The notes beneath the pieces were generated by a model. That model did not search any database. It was given only the letters and a program-made list of their open reading frames with translations, and was not told the DNA's origin. A program made the translations under genes and the position numbers. A DNA stretch of 64,000 nucleotides from Zootoca vivipara (Eukaryota), in assembly GCF_963506605.1 (NCBI RefSeq), contig NC_083278.1:64666001-64730000 (forward strand), given 5' to 3'. This document shows positions 49,588-63,031 of the stretch, piece by piece; position 1 is the first letter of the stretch, and each line of letters opens with the position of its first letter.

Positions 49588-50234
49588 TGTGTCCAGGGCA
49601 GCTGTCTACCAGCTCCATCTGGTACGCACGCTGAAACCCTACCTACCCGCAAATTGTGTCACCAGTGTGGTGCATGCTCTAGTCATCTCCCGCTTGGACT
49701 ACTGCAATGCACTCTACGTGGGGCTACCTTAGAAGGTAACCCAGAAACTACAATTAATCCAGAATGCAGCAGCTAGACTGGTGACTGGGAGTGGCTACCG
49801 AGACCATATAACACTTGTCATGAAAGACCTACATTGGCTCCCAGTATGTTTCCGGGCACAATTCAAAGTGTTGGTGCTGACCTTTAAAGCCCTAAACAGC
49901 CTTGGCCCAGTATACCTGAAGGAGCGTCTCCACCTCCATTGTTCTGCCCGGACACTGAGGTCCAGTGCCGAGGGCCTTCTGGTGGTTCCCTCACTACGAG
50001 AAGTGAGGTTGCAGGGAACCAAGCAGAGGCCCTTCTCGGCAGTGGCACCTGCCCTGTGGAAGGCCCTCCCACAAGATGTCAAGGAAATAAACAACTATCT
50101 GACTTGTAGAAGACATCTGAAGGCAACCCTGTCTAGGGAAGTTTTAATGTTTGATCTTTTATTGTGTTTTTTAAAATCTTGTTGGAAGCTGCCCAGAGTG
50201 GCTGGGGCGGCCTGGCCAGATGGGTGGGGTATAA

Positions 50235-50280
<46 letters not shown>
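49588..50280 (+). mobile_element. L2-type LINE 3' fragment with (TAA)n tail
   Basis: Homologous to 43413-44238 in the opposite orientation. Confidence 0.92.
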
Positions 50281-50682
50281 GCAGCATATCTTCATTCTCA
50301 AAAATCATGTGATAGTCATTGTGTGAGTGGAAGAGCTTGCTGGCCCCACTCTTATCTTAGATTCTTCACTGGCCCTATGCCACTAGTACTCTTGCATGTT
50401 GCAGCAAGCATTTGCTTTCACCTTGATGCAGCACCATTGAGTCAGATTGCATGAGCCCTATTCTGGTATTCAGACCTCATGAGACACTCACTGCACTGCC
50501 AGGGTTTCAGGCAGTGGCCATTCCCACTCCTACTTAGATGTGACTGGTTTGAACCTGGAACCTTTTGCATGCAAAGCAGATGCTCTACCACTGAACTACA
50601 GTCATTCCTCTTATGTCAGACTTACACACACAGTGGCAGGGACACTTAAGGATGTGACAGCATGGGTGGGGATAGTGAACAG

Positions 50683-50818
50683 CAGGCATCCCAAAACTCC
50701 GGCCCTCCAGATGTTTTGGACTACAATTCCCATCTTCCCCGACCACTGGTCCTGTTAGCTATGGATTATGGGAGTTGTAGGCCAAAACATCTGGAGGGCC
50801 ACAGTTTGGGGATGCCTG
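50683..50818. mobile_element. hAT MITE (palindromic family)
   Basis: Perfect 8-bp TSD gtgaacag. Confidence 0.88.
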
Positions 50819-52440
50819 GTGAACAGTGTTCTGCTCTTCCCCTCATTTGATTACTACCATGTGCAGTATGAACACTCAAATAGGGATAATGCAATGGGAC
50901 TCTAGGTGACTGCATGGCAATGAAAGCAAACTTGAGACTGGAGATTGGGAACCCATTGCCCTTCAGATGATTTTGAACTCCAACTCCCATCAGCCCCAGA
51001 AACATGACCAATTGATAGATGAAACTGATATTCCTGTGAGAGATTGCAGTCAAACATAGTTAGCAAGCACAGTACTAGTTAGTGCATGAAGGGGTTAAGA
51101 CCGGAGTTGATTCCTATACATACAGCAATTAAAAGATAGGACACCAAGGACAGGAAATCAGGGGGATACCTCTGTAAAGAAGTGTGTATTCAAAAGCCAA
51201 CAGAATGCCAATACAGATGGGGCCTCTTATAGTGCTACTAGCACTACCATCCTCGATATTACTGCAAGTTGAAAATGGTCAGGTCGTGGCAAGCTTCATC
51301 AGATTTCATTTGTTGTCATTTTACTTGTGTCAAGGCAGATCTTAATCCACCCTATGTCTTTGTAACTGATGTAATTGAAGCTAATGTGATCTGAAACCAT
51401 CCATTCCCTTTTTCCTTTCCACTTTGAGCACTATGAGTTACTTACTTGCAACCACCCACACTCTCACCATAACGTTAAAGGAGAGCCAGCAGTGTAGCAG
51501 TTAGCATATTGAGCTTTGATCATGGAAAGCTGGATTCCTATCTCTAGTCCACCACGAAACTACTGGGTATCACTGGGGCAATCACCATTTCATCCTAACC
51601 TAACCTTTTTATTTTCAAAGAAAGTAAAAAATAGTTCTCATGGAAGAAGAGCAGGGTTAAAATGTTGTAACTTTTTAAAAGTTATTTCTTTACAAATATG
51701 TATATACAAATTTTCCATATGCTTGAACATCAGGGTGTAGAGCAATGTTGTTGTTGTTGTTTTGGAAAATAAAGTCATTTCTCATGAACGATGGGTGATA
51801 TCCAACTAGGAGACCTACTAAACTTAATGAATTTAAGTTACTACGGAAGTCAGTTCTGAGCATGACTAACGTTGGCCATCACCATATAAAAATAGAAACT
51901 TAACAGGATTTGGGTCTCAAAATGTTGTGTTTTAGCTTTGTATAAAGAAAAGTGAATAGCTTTCTGAAGATTTTCTGAATATTCTATATAGCATCACTAA
52001 TAAAATGCAAAGACCAAACTAGACACAATGTTGGAAAAGTGAAAACACATCTCCAGACCATACATCCTTTCCCCTCTTCATTTTTCTGATAAAAGCAGCT
52101 GCGGACGTGTGGGTAACATTTGGTTCAGAGCCACGGGAGAAGGGAGGTTTACCCCTTTCCCACTGTGCTGATCCCTTGATGTGAATCGTCCTTTCAAAGC
52201 AAGTTTTCCACTCCTGCCTAACAGCAACTCTGTCAAGGGCAACAGCACAGGGGAAAAGGCTCCAACCTCTGTCCCATGGCTGCGGTTTTTGGAATGGTAG
52301 TGTTAAAGGTGCAAGAGGTAAGAACCTAAGAAGAACTCTGCTGGATCAGGCCAAAGGCCCACCTACTACAACACTCTGTTGTCACAGTCAACAACCAGAT
52401 GCCCATGGGAACTCCTCTCATATGAAGCAGGCAATTAGTC

Positions 52441-52918
52441 TGATACGTTTACACATCTCCAGAGTCCAAATAGAAATATTGTTTCAAGCTGAGCTAGCAG
52501 AGTGTATGCTATGCTTGCAAAAGGTCTGAGGTTCCTGGTGAGGTAATGGCCTATGTATGGTTCATTAAGGTAACAAAGGAAGTGGTTCTGTGCCAGACAG
52601 AAAATGGGTGGGCCCTCTTCTCTCAACTGTCTGGTAGTTAGAAAGACAAAGGCCAGAGTTGAGAGTTTGTGTTATGCCAGAAGCTGGAAGCAAGCTGGGA
52701 AGCCAGAAAGACAGAGCCATGCATGATTTCTGCTGGAATCCAAGGCTGTGGGGTGTTAATGCTATTAACCCCTCCATTGTAGACTCAGTTTGTATATACG
52801 TGTAAATAAACCTTATATCATAAAGACTCCACAGTCTCCACTATATCTCATTCCAAAGGAAACACAGACCCAGGGTAAGCACCTGGAACACACAGCTCAG
52901 AAATTGGGTGGCGTGACA
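52441..52918 (+). mobile_element. Probable old solo LTR
   Basis: TG(ATACG)...(CGTGA)CA ends, internal AATAAA at 52805-52810; no clear TSD. Confidence 0.45.
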
Positions 52919-53661
52919 AAATATGTATATTAATCTATCCACTAATATATGGAACAAGCCAGATGTGTATCCAATTGTATGGATATTGTTCTACTTTGCA
53001 TTTTTAAAAATATTGTTAGTGACCTGGCTGTTTTAAATCTGAGGATTTTTTTATTTCACAATTTTTTAATGCTCTTTCAGTTTAGTTACTTTATTTTATT
53101 GTTGATTTTTCTTTTCGTGTTGTGAGCCATTTCAAAAGTTAACCTGGCAAAGGAGACTAGTGTACAGAAGCAGGTTTTTCATGCAGATTCTGCATCCCTT
53201 ATTTGGTTAGGAATTTCACATCTAGCAGCTGCCTCTGAATGTAATACTTTCCTAGACCAAGAGTAGCTGCAAAGTGTTGAATGTTTGACTTTTGTTGACA
53301 AGAGCTGGTTGTCAGCTTTGTCAGCACCTGGGGACTATTGAAATGTTCTTTACACAGTTTTGCCTTGAAGAGTATTTTGTTATTTGCTATATTAAACTAG
53401 CTAGTATATGCAACTTTAGAAGACATAGAAAGTGTGTTATAAAATGTTTAATTAACCATCTGTTATATAAGGATGATCAGTTAAATATAGTGTCTAGAGT
53501 AAAGATAAAAGGTGAAGACACGCCCCCACACACAAACATGGGATAAAATAGTTAATATCTAGCAATGCCAAGTATAGGTTTTTGATGATCAAGTGGTTTA
53601 CATACATAATGATAAATAATAAACTAGTGAGTCAGTTTAATTTACCATGTTTAAACCTTAC

Positions 53662-53712
53662 CTTGTATTTAGGTTTAGAAATAACAAAAGATGAAATTGC
53701 TTGAAGTGGCTT
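53662..53712 (-). CDS. SYNE1: SYNE1 51-nt cassette exon (~ex11) KPLQAISSFVISKPKYK
   Basis: ctag|...AAG|gtaagg, phase 0-0, long pyrimidine tract upstream; same length and position as the recalled human EILPGFPSFANSVQNFK exon. Confidence 0.75.
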
Positions 53713-54093
53713 CTAGCGATATGAAGAAAAATGGATAGCGGGAGCAGAGAAAGGCAAATAAATAAATATAGAAAAAAGAAAGAAAGAAGAGAGAAGTACA
53801 TTGAAAAATGTATGCACATTATTCTTCAATGCACAGGAAGTTGCTAAATCTTCAGGTCCAGACCTCATGGAAGAGAGAAGACTTTGAGTCTTGGCTCCTT
53901 GTTGATCAAATATTATAACTTTTCTCTGCAGTTCTCAACTGTAGATACTGGGTATATTTCTTGGTAGCCATGAAGCAGATGTGAGGTGGGCACAAAGTTC
54001 TAGGGATAAATAGGCTCCTGAGACATGAGATGCCTTCCCTTCTAGGCAAGATAAGGGTAGACTGAATGTCCCTAGTAGTGAACCCTCACTATA

Positions 54094-54373
54094 CAGTGGT
54101 GCCTCGCTTAACGAATGCCCTGCTTAACGAAATTTCCGCTTAACGAAAGGATTTTTCGAGCGGAGGTTGCCTCGCTAGACCAATGCGTTTTACAAAAAAT
54201 TCGTCTAGCGAATCGCGGTTTCCCATAGGAATGCATTGAAATTAATGCGTTCCTATGGGCAAAAAAAATTTCAAAAAAAATTCAATGCATTCCTATGGTA
54301 TTCGCTAGATGAATTTTTCGCTATAAGAAAAGACCCGTGGAACGAATTAATTTCGTCTAGCGAGGCACCACTG
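54094..54373. mobile_element. Tigger/pogo-like MITE
   Basis: TA|cagtggtgcctcgct...agcgaggcaccactg|TA; internal inverted cataggaatgcattgaa arms. Confidence 0.85.
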
Positions 54374-55485
54374 TATTTGGATTGACACTAAATTGGTGTG
54401 TGTGGTTGCACCTTTGCTAACCTCCTCATCCTAACACAATTTTGGAAGTAGAGAGAGCACTGTTTATTTCTTATGCTTCGTGGCACATGTGAATACCAAT
54501 TATAAACAATTTTACAGGCATAAATGGTTAAGTACCAATCAGCACGACTCTTTGAGACTTCACATGACTAGTCATACCAACTAACAGAAAATCTCTGAAC
54601 ATATTTTACTGTATCTCCTAGTTCTAATTGCATGAAAGAAAGCTTGGTTCTCTGTGAAAACTGATGAACTGCTAGCCAATGAAAACAGAACTAAAATATC
54701 ACACAAAGTAGTATAAAAACAATAGATTAAAAGAATTAAGTAGCATCTGTGGGACAAAACAGTACAACAGAGGCACATTAAGTCATACAGTCACAGCCAC
54801 AAGTGATTTTTGTAATCACTTCGTGATAAGATTCATGTGACGAGTGATCTATCATGCTACCATCACTTCATGTGAGTATCCATCTTAATAACTGGCCTTG
54901 TAGCAGGAGATCCAGCAAATTACTTGACTGCTACAAACACTTATTTCTGGGTTAGTAATGAATAATTATTTGGCTCCTTTCTACTTTACTGATGACATTT
55001 CTCGCCTTTCATCTACCTCTGGTTATTGCATTGTCAATGCCTGGGTTATCCACCTGAGTTGATTGTGTTCTGCTTTTTGTTCAATCTCGTTGCCTTATTT
55101 CTTCCCCTTGTATTGTGTATTCCCCTTTCTTCTCAACACTTATGTTTAATGGCACTCAATGAATGTGTCTTTAATTAAAAAAATTAAATTAAAAAATGTT
55201 TAATGTCTTTTAAGAAGAAACACTATGTCTGTTCTGAGAATTTTTCAATTCCTGGTTTTTTTCATATTATGGGATGGAGAAAGGGAACACAGCCTTATTG
55301 TGTATAGGTGGCCAACCTGCAAACCTGATAAACCACAAGTAGCACTAAGAGCAAGATCATTTGACACAACTGGGCAGAAACAGCAAAGGTCTTCTGTCTG
55401 GCTGTTCCATAGGGAGGGCTACACTACTATCTGATGCTCTAGCATGGTGCAGCCTACATGCTTTTGGGGTCAGTGGAGCAGAGTT

Positions 55486-55618
55486 GCTTCCTCAACCTCG
55501 GCCTTCCAGATGTTTTGAGACTACAGTTCCCATCATCCCTGACCACTGGTCCTGCTAGCTAGGGATTATGGGAGTTGTAGGCCAAAAACATCTGGAGGGC
55601 CAAGGTTGAGGAAGCCTG
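55486..55618. mobile_element. hAT MITE (palindromic family), left end eroded
   Basis: Homologous to the 41365 and 50683 copies. Confidence 0.8.
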
Positions 55619-56201
55619 TTCTAGATGAAAAACCAAAAAAGCTGGTGGGGGAGAGATCTGCACTTCTATTGTGTGTTCTCTAGTTCCCATGTAAGGTGCA
55701 ACACATAAGAGAAGGGCAAGAAGGGGGCCGTGATCATAGTAACTTTCCTTCTTTTCCACTTTGCCTGCTTACTGCTTTCTCTGCCTAACACCAATGGGGA
55801 GAAGTCAGCTGCTACACCAGTATCTCCAGGGTTATCTCATCATCCAAGCCACCAGTTATAGTTTCTTTCACTGGAAGGAGCGAAGGGAAAGAACACAACG
55901 GAATGGTGTTCCCAGGTAGGGTGCCAACTTGGAGGTATCTGGTGGAGATATTGGCGCTATGCACCTGGTCTCTCATCATCAGCATTTCTGAACTTATCAG
56001 GAAGGGGAGTTTGCATAGGTCCAGCAGCAGAACCAATCTGCTGATCCAGCCACTGTGCCCACGCCAACCTCCCCGCCACCGTAGCCCTCTCACTCCCAGT
56101 GATGGGAGACAAAGTGAGTGGCACAAGACCCTTCCAGCTGCCTCTGTGCCAAATAGAAAATGCAATAACCTCTGAGGAGAGGGGAGTATACACAGAGCCA
56201 T

Positions 56202-56235
<34 letters not shown>

Positions 56236-57894
56236 GGTAGACAAGGACTTTCCTGGAAGAAGCCTGGTGAAATTCACAAGCCCTGTACCAGGTTTCTCCA
56301 TAGGCAGCACTGATAGGGAAACTCCTTGTTAGCGTGCATGCATGCATGCGTGAGTGGGTATACATGCACATATATGTGGCAAAAGGGGCAGGGTGAGCTT
56401 TGCTAGTGCTGCAGAAATAGAAAAATATGTGACTACCAACCATATCACAATCCACTGCTCCACACTAAATGAGACAACAGTGCTATATTCTGTGTTATGC
56501 CTGAATGCACTGCACTGCAACTGTGGTGATTTTCAGTAAAAACTGAGTGACTTATTTGTATCAATTATTTGTATCAATACATATTTGTCTAGTAAGTAAT
56601 TTCCATTTCCTATTCAAAAAGCTGGAGGCACAATACACCCTGGATTTTATGGTCTTGTTCTTTTGATAAAAGGCCTCTTACACCACTTCCATCTTCTACA
56701 TAGAGAGTACATGGGAGTGTATTTTAGAAGGCAGTTGCCAGGGCTCAAATACTAAGATGGAGAGCTGTACTGTAGGACTGCAGTGGACCCTGCCTCCAAT
56801 GAATTTAGCAATACTGATTCAGCCAATAATTGCACCAGACTAGCCCCAGCTCCTACTTTTTGCCTCTAGTGAAATCAATGCCCCAGCAGCCCCTGCTGAG
56901 GTCCTATAGCAAATAGTTCTTATAAGAAGCACGTGAAAGCTATACTATGAACTGCTTCTCTAGATATGGCACTGATCTTCCAAGATGTAAATAACAATGT
57001 TATTTTGCTCTTGTTATTTATATCCCAATGGGGCATAAATATTTAAATATAAGGGTGAGCTGCAAAGAAAATGCTTTGCATTATCCCTTTACATTGAATG
57101 ATTCACAGTCACTGCTGAGAGCTGGGGTGGAAAGGACAGAAAGTCTGCACACTTCGGCCATAGAACTCGTGGGTTATTGCTGAGAAGCACCAGATGCATT
57201 TTCTTTGTCCTGCTGCTGGTGAGAAGCTGAACAGATTGTCTCAGTAGTGCCACTACTAGCCCTTGCCAAACAAAAGATGGTATGATCAGGATGAAAAGCC
57301 AAATGAAAGATTGTTTGCTGACAGAATATGCCACAGTTAGGCCAGTCCAACAGGAAAGAAATACACAGCAGAAACAGATTTTCTAAAGTCAACAATCCAA
57401 GGGAATTAGAAAGGACAGATGAACGTGTATCCCCATGTCAATTATTTGCACTGTAATAAATTATGCATTCTTTACTTATTTATTTTCCCTTACGTTGCCA
57501 TCCTACACACACTGCACCATTGAGCTATATTAGACTTACTTCTGAGTAAATCTGCACAGGATTGGGCTGCATATAGCTTAATAGGAAAGTTGATAGGAAA
57601 TCAAACTGATTAAACAAAACTTATGGAAAGGTACTTCTGATGCTCCTTGAGATTAGAAAGCAATTCAAGTCCACTGCCCCTTCTCTTTCTATTGCAAACA
57701 TTTATTCACATTTCCCCCCTTAAATTGTACTTCTCTCAACAGCTCTCAACTCAAACTATTCCTAGCTTCTTTAGAACCCTATTGTGCTTTGACAAACAGA
57801 GAATACAGAATGAGTGTCTATGTAAAATATTGTCCACATTGCACATATTGTGTAAAAGTTGTGCAGTCTATGTAAAATAGAATTAAGAACATAC

Positions 57895-58004
57895 ATCTGT
57901 CTCCTGTGCATCACTGGCTGCATCATGAGGATCTGGGAGGTGTTTCAGGAATTGTGCTACATAGGTCATCACTGATTTCTCATCTGGCTTATCCACATCC
58001 ACAT
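57895..58004 (-). CDS. SYNE1: SYNE1 exon (~ex10) DVDVDKPDEKSVMTYVAQFLKHLPDPHDAASDAQETD
   Basis: 110 nt, AG/GT, end of CH2. Confidence 0.96.
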
Positions 58005-58065
58005 CTGAAAAGAATGAGGAAGACAGTAAATTAACACAAAGCTGAACTGTATAAAATGTTAAGAC

Positions 58066-58067
<2 letters not shown>

Positions 58068-58140
<73 letters not shown>
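58068..58140. repeat. (TC)n(AC)n microsatellite
   Basis: Direct reading. Confidence 0.95.
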
Positions 58141-58142
<2 letters not shown>

Positions 58143-58251
58143 ATTTTAAAAAGAACTCCCTCCCAAACCCAAAACTAAGGTGAGTTACAGTGTTACTATT
58201 ACAGGTAACAGGGTTACAGTTCAACAGTGGTCAAATTCAATGATATGCTAC

Positions 58252-58448
58252 CTTCAGGATCAAGAAGTCTTGGAATTCCTAATTCTGACTCTGCAATTGT
58301 AAATGCCTCTTCCAAATTTTCCTTGTTCGATCTCGTTTTCAACCTCTCCAAGTCCACTAGTTCTGGACGGATGGCATGAATAACTGAATGAAAGGCAACA
58401 CCACTCCTCCAGCTTCGTCCAAAATCCTTGACTTCAATTCCAGCTTGC
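58252..58448 (-). CDS. SYNE1: SYNE1 exon (~ex9) QAGIEVKDFGRSWRSGVAFHSVIHAIRPELVD...LGIPRLLDPE
   Basis: 197 nt, AG/GT, CH2 core. Confidence 0.96.
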
Positions 58449-59855
58449 CTTCACAACAAGAAGAAATTACTTTGTAACAACCTGTTCTGACCCCCAACCT
58501 TTATCTTCACTTATATCATTAACCTGGGTTTTTGGTTACAATTTTTGCAATGGCTGGAGCAGAACTTACTTTTCAGTTGAATTAGTTGCTGTTCCTGGTT
58601 TGACATAAACCCCCCAGTCATTCTTTTCAACTCGTATTCATGCAAGCTCTCATTTATGTATGACTAAATAAGCGTGTGGAGACACACTGAATGATGGACC
58701 CCAGCAGGCTTTGTTAATTCTGCCTATGAAATAGTTAACTTCTAGATAATAGCCTTGAAGTCCACAACAGTAATGTTGGGAAAGTTCTTTACAAGGCAGA
58801 GGAATAAACAAGAAAGGGAACACTGCAGTTGTCCTTGAAAAACTGAAGGATTGGTGTCTGTGTCATATATACTATGTTTCCATCAGTACATCCCAGAACA
58901 GTATTTGCCCTCTGTTGCAATGACATGATATTGCTGTCTCCTGCTCAGTTTCGTTTCATTATTTATTGCAGAGTTATCTAATTTATCAAGGTCATATCCT
59001 ATCCTGGTCATATGCTCAGAAGGTGGCAAGCAACATAAAGGCACAATCTGCACTAGTGAAACTATCTAAAAAAACATACATTCTCTCTTGTCCAATCCAT
59101 TCTGGCTATTAGATAGCAACTGTCCAAACTGACTAGATGGATAGTACACCAGCACTGCCAAAATCACAGACAGTTGAATTGTAGGTTGTTCACGTCCACC
59201 AGCTATTCAAAGCAGACACGAATTGGTTAATAGTCTGATTACATATGTTATTGATGAAAGTTGTTAAGAGATTCAAACAGCTGAAAGCTGTTGCTATACA
59301 CTGCTCCAGTTGCTTGCTTTCATCTAAGTTTCGCTGTCTTGTCATCTTCCTCTGATGCCTTATATATCCCACACTCTTCTGGCTTCAGTTAAGATTAAAC
59401 AAAGGCAGTGCCACAAACTGTAGGCCAAAGGTTTCTTTCCATTATGTTCTAAAAGCTTAAAATTGAAGATACAGAAATACACATATTTTTTCTTTATGTG
59501 CAAATATGAAATCAAAGCTGGTACTGTATTGTAAAATTACATAGATGTTTACAAAGAGAATGTTATATTCAATCACAGGCCAAGTTGTGAGGATACATTG
59601 GCAAAGTGAAGGAAAATTCAATTAGCGAAGTAAGGTACAAAATCTGATAGCACTGAATTGCTCTGCTCATGATTTCAAACTGGGAAAAGAATTTTAAGTG
59701 TTTTGACAATGTATTGCCTCTTACAGCCATTCTGACAGAAGCCAATTTCCTTTCCAATTTTTATTGATCTCTCTGGCACAAACTTTCTTAATTTATGCTG
59801 GTGCCATAAATTATTACTACATCATTTAGCTAATATCAATCTACAGATTACTCAC

Positions 59856-60034
59856 TTTGCTGCTGTGTACTGCACCCATTTTAGCAAAGCCTTCTTTGCA
59901 TTTGATTGGACTTTGGTGACCACTTTACGCTTCGATGGTGGACTGGCTGTCTCAGAACTGACAACACTGTCCACAGATGAGGTACTATTGGAGAATGACT
60001 GGAGTTGAGGGAGGTTGCTTGTGAGCTCCTCAAT
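59856..60034 (-). CDS. SYNE1: SYNE1 exon (~ex8) IEELTSNLPQLQSF...NAKKALLKWVQYTAAK
   Basis: 179 nt, AG/GT, Ser-rich CH1-CH2 linker. Confidence 0.95.
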
Positions 60035-61761
60035 CTGTTTATGGAATAAAGTTGGTTAAGTGTAATGGAAACAGTCAATTTACAAAAAGCCTATTTCCTT
60101 CTGCAGATCAGATGTCTAGAACTGGTCAGTGGATCTCATAAAAAAAGAGCACACACCAAAAAATAGCGGGGCAAGATAAATGAACTCTTACCCAAACTCT
60201 AAATTTTAGGACATGCCTCAAAGAATGTAGGACAGATTCACACTTTGGAGCATTGGTCATACTTTGGCCAAGTTATGGCTCAATACATATGCTATTTATG
60301 TGTAATATACAAAATAGAGAGGCCACATATACATCCTCTATCTATACACAGTACTAATGCACTCACAAATGCACTTCCACGTGATAGTGGTATGGTATTT
60401 TTAGTAGCCGTAAACATGTCTGAGGTGTTCATGGGAGTAGGCAGCACTGTGAACTAGGTCTATGTCTGGAGCATTTTCACAGATGTCTCACATCTGGGCC
60501 ACTTTCCTCCTCCCCAAGCCTGAGTTACTCAAGTAAACATAGGTTGAAGGTGCCTGTACTATGATAACATCTCTAAATAGAGGCAAGGTTAATGTTACTG
60601 CAACTCCATTCTGCCCACTGAATCAATGGGCGGGCAGAAGCAGCCAGTGAAAAATTCCTGCCAGCAGCATCCTGCAGAAAACTCCAAAAGAAGGTGGGAA
60701 CTGTCTGAGCCAGCCTGGTCCCACTGAAACCCTGGCAGCCCCACGACATTAGATTTGTTTTGGGCTCAATTGCTGTGCCAGCTCCGGGCTGGCACAGTGA
60801 TTTGCCTTTCAGCCTGGCTGGCATGAGTGGTTGGGCTGTGGAAATAGTCTCATAGCTTTGTTAATGTCTGCTGCTGCCCAGTCAGGGCTTGCATTTCAAT
60901 GAAACATACTCTTCTGCTTTGTACTTCCTGTAAGGCCTAAAGGAAGGGAAGACTGCATAATGCATTGCTCCTTTTCCAACTATATAAATCATGCAGATCT
61001 GATTTGCTAAGTTGTGGCCATTAACTTGGAAATGATTCAAACTTATTTGTAGAGGACTTTATTTCAATTAATTGTCATGAGGGCTGTAGCCAAAGTTTCT
61101 TGGCTTTCACATACAACCTTCGATGGGAATTGTATCCATTCCATATTGTAGTATCTATTTATTATTAGTACCGGTATTTATTAAATTTATATCCTCTCCT
61201 TCCTTCCAAAGGAACCCAGGGCTACATTTGCAATATATAGCCACATTCAAATTAGGGGTGCTAGTTTAAGTTTAGAACTGATATTGGATAACAGAATCAA
61301 GTATTTTTAAAATATGCACAATTTGACCAACAATGACCAGTGAAAAGTGAAAGCCACATTATAGCAATTACTATAGGTCTTTCTTCTGATCTAGCTCTTC
61401 AAAATAGTAAAAAACAAACAAACAAACCCTGTCAGATCTCTTCATTTTTCCAATAGCATCCTTAGGGCCAAAATACACATTACATTTACTAAAGTCATTT
61501 GTATATAAAACAGCTGTGGGGCAATCCATTTTTGGTTGGAGCAGAAAGCAGCATGGGGAAATTTTAACCCTTTGTTCCAACTGCTCTAAATGTCCCCATT
61601 CCACACACCGCAATTTCTTAGGAGCTAATTTACTTCTCATGATACACGAGCAGTTCTGTCACAGCACATTAGTGCCCCCTGACAAACCACTTTGGAATTA
61701 TTGCTATAACTATCGTAGGCTTATCTCACACATATTTTTTTTATATAAAAAAGAACTGTAC

Positions 61762-61854
61762 CTGAAAATACAAAATTATAGTCCACACCAGGCCAAGCAC
61801 AATAGAAGGTCTACCATCAGCAATGTCAGTTGAATTAATGTTGACAAGCTTAAT
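61762..61854 (-). CDS. SYNE1: SYNE1 exon (~ex7) IKLVNINSTDIADGRPSIVLGLVWTIILYFQ
   Basis: 93 nt, AG/GT, CH1 C-terminal signature. Confidence 0.96.
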
Positions 61855-62673
61855 CTGTTTTAGGGAAAGAAAGGCACACTATTAACACCCACAACAGAAA
61901 GCCACAGTAATGGAGTAATCTTTGTAGCAATGTGTCTATTTTTTTGGGAAAAGGGAAACTTAATAAGCATAGTATATAGTATTTTTGAGATAGAGAACAT
62001 ATAAAATAATCACAAAAATGAAGTATAAAATTATGCATGTACTTTTGAATTTAAGATTCAGTTGTTCTCAATATACACAGATGTAACAGGAAAGCTAGCC
62101 CTGTTGTGAATGCACTGCAAATATGCCTTTATAGCTGAACTGGCATTAGTGGCAGGGTGCTTTGTTTATTTTCCCCAGATCAAACAGACGGACAAGGCAT
62201 TGTGACAAAGAGAACAAGTGAGCATGGACGGTCAAAAGCATGACTGATCAGGCCAATGGCCCATCTAGTCCAGGACCCTTTTTATTAGAGTGGCCAATCC
62301 AATGCGTATGTAAAGCCCCCTCCCCCCACGCACCCACCCACCCACTGCACTCCTGAAACTGATTCTGGGGCAATTCAGGAGAACCCTCAGAACAGTGTGC
62401 AGGAGAGGAGGGTTCCATCTGCACAAGCAGGGCATTTGTTATATATATTTGCTCCGTACGTAAAATATTTAGTAATGTGGCTAACAGCACATGGAAAAGT
62501 TGTACTATTTAGGCTGCAATCCTAAACTCATTTACCCAGGAGTAAATTCCATTGATCACAGCTGCATTTATAAGCTAACATGCTTAGAATTGTGCAACTC
62601 ATTTTATTGACACTCATTTTATTCAATTGACTCATTTATATGGTTTAATGTTTCATAAAATTATTGTACCAAC

Positions 62674-62694
62674 CGGTGATCCTCTGTACACAGA
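62674..62694 (-). CDS. SYNE1: SYNE1 21-nt alternative microexon SVYRGSP
   Basis: tttttcatgctag|TCTGTGTACAGAGGATCACCG|gttggt; resembles the recalled human isoform insert SMHRGSP. Confidence 0.85.
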
Positions 62695-62862
62695 CTAGCA
62701 TGAAAAACAAAACAACATATATTTAAAATAAATTATCTGAATAATGAATAGGACACAGAGATGAGTGAAGACAAAAATATACCATGTTGCCATATACAGA
62801 AATCAGTGAATACCATAAAGAACCTAACATGCTTATTTCTTGTTCTTTTGTTATATCTATAT

Positions 62863-62935
62863 CACACATGGTTCCTAGGAGGCCACCCATCCAGGCCACC
62901 CATCAGACGCAGACTTGCTTAACTTCAGCAAGATG
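62863..62935 (-). mobile_element. Degenerate 5S-rRNA-derived SINE head
   Basis: Minus strand gaagttaagcaagtc...tggatgggtggcctcctaggaa resembles the 5S internal control region. Confidence 0.4.
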
Positions 62936-63031
62936 GTAGAATTAGGACCAAGCTTATGCACTCTGAATGACTGTAGTTCATACACAAATTGCAACAGCTG
63001 ATGCAAACATCTAGCTATCTGTGGGACTTAC

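Noticed and set aside
58570-58660. Strong minus-strand donor AA|GTAAGT with an upstream ATG, 120 nt before the CH2 exon
   Set aside because: The ATG frame ends in phase 1 while the next exon needs phase 2. The phase-2 frame has a stop and no frame-preserving acceptor. It could only be a non-coding exon, which is unsupported.
59340-59380. TATATAAGG TATA-like box on the minus strand
   Set aside because: Single short motif in an AT-rich intron, with no other promoter evidence.
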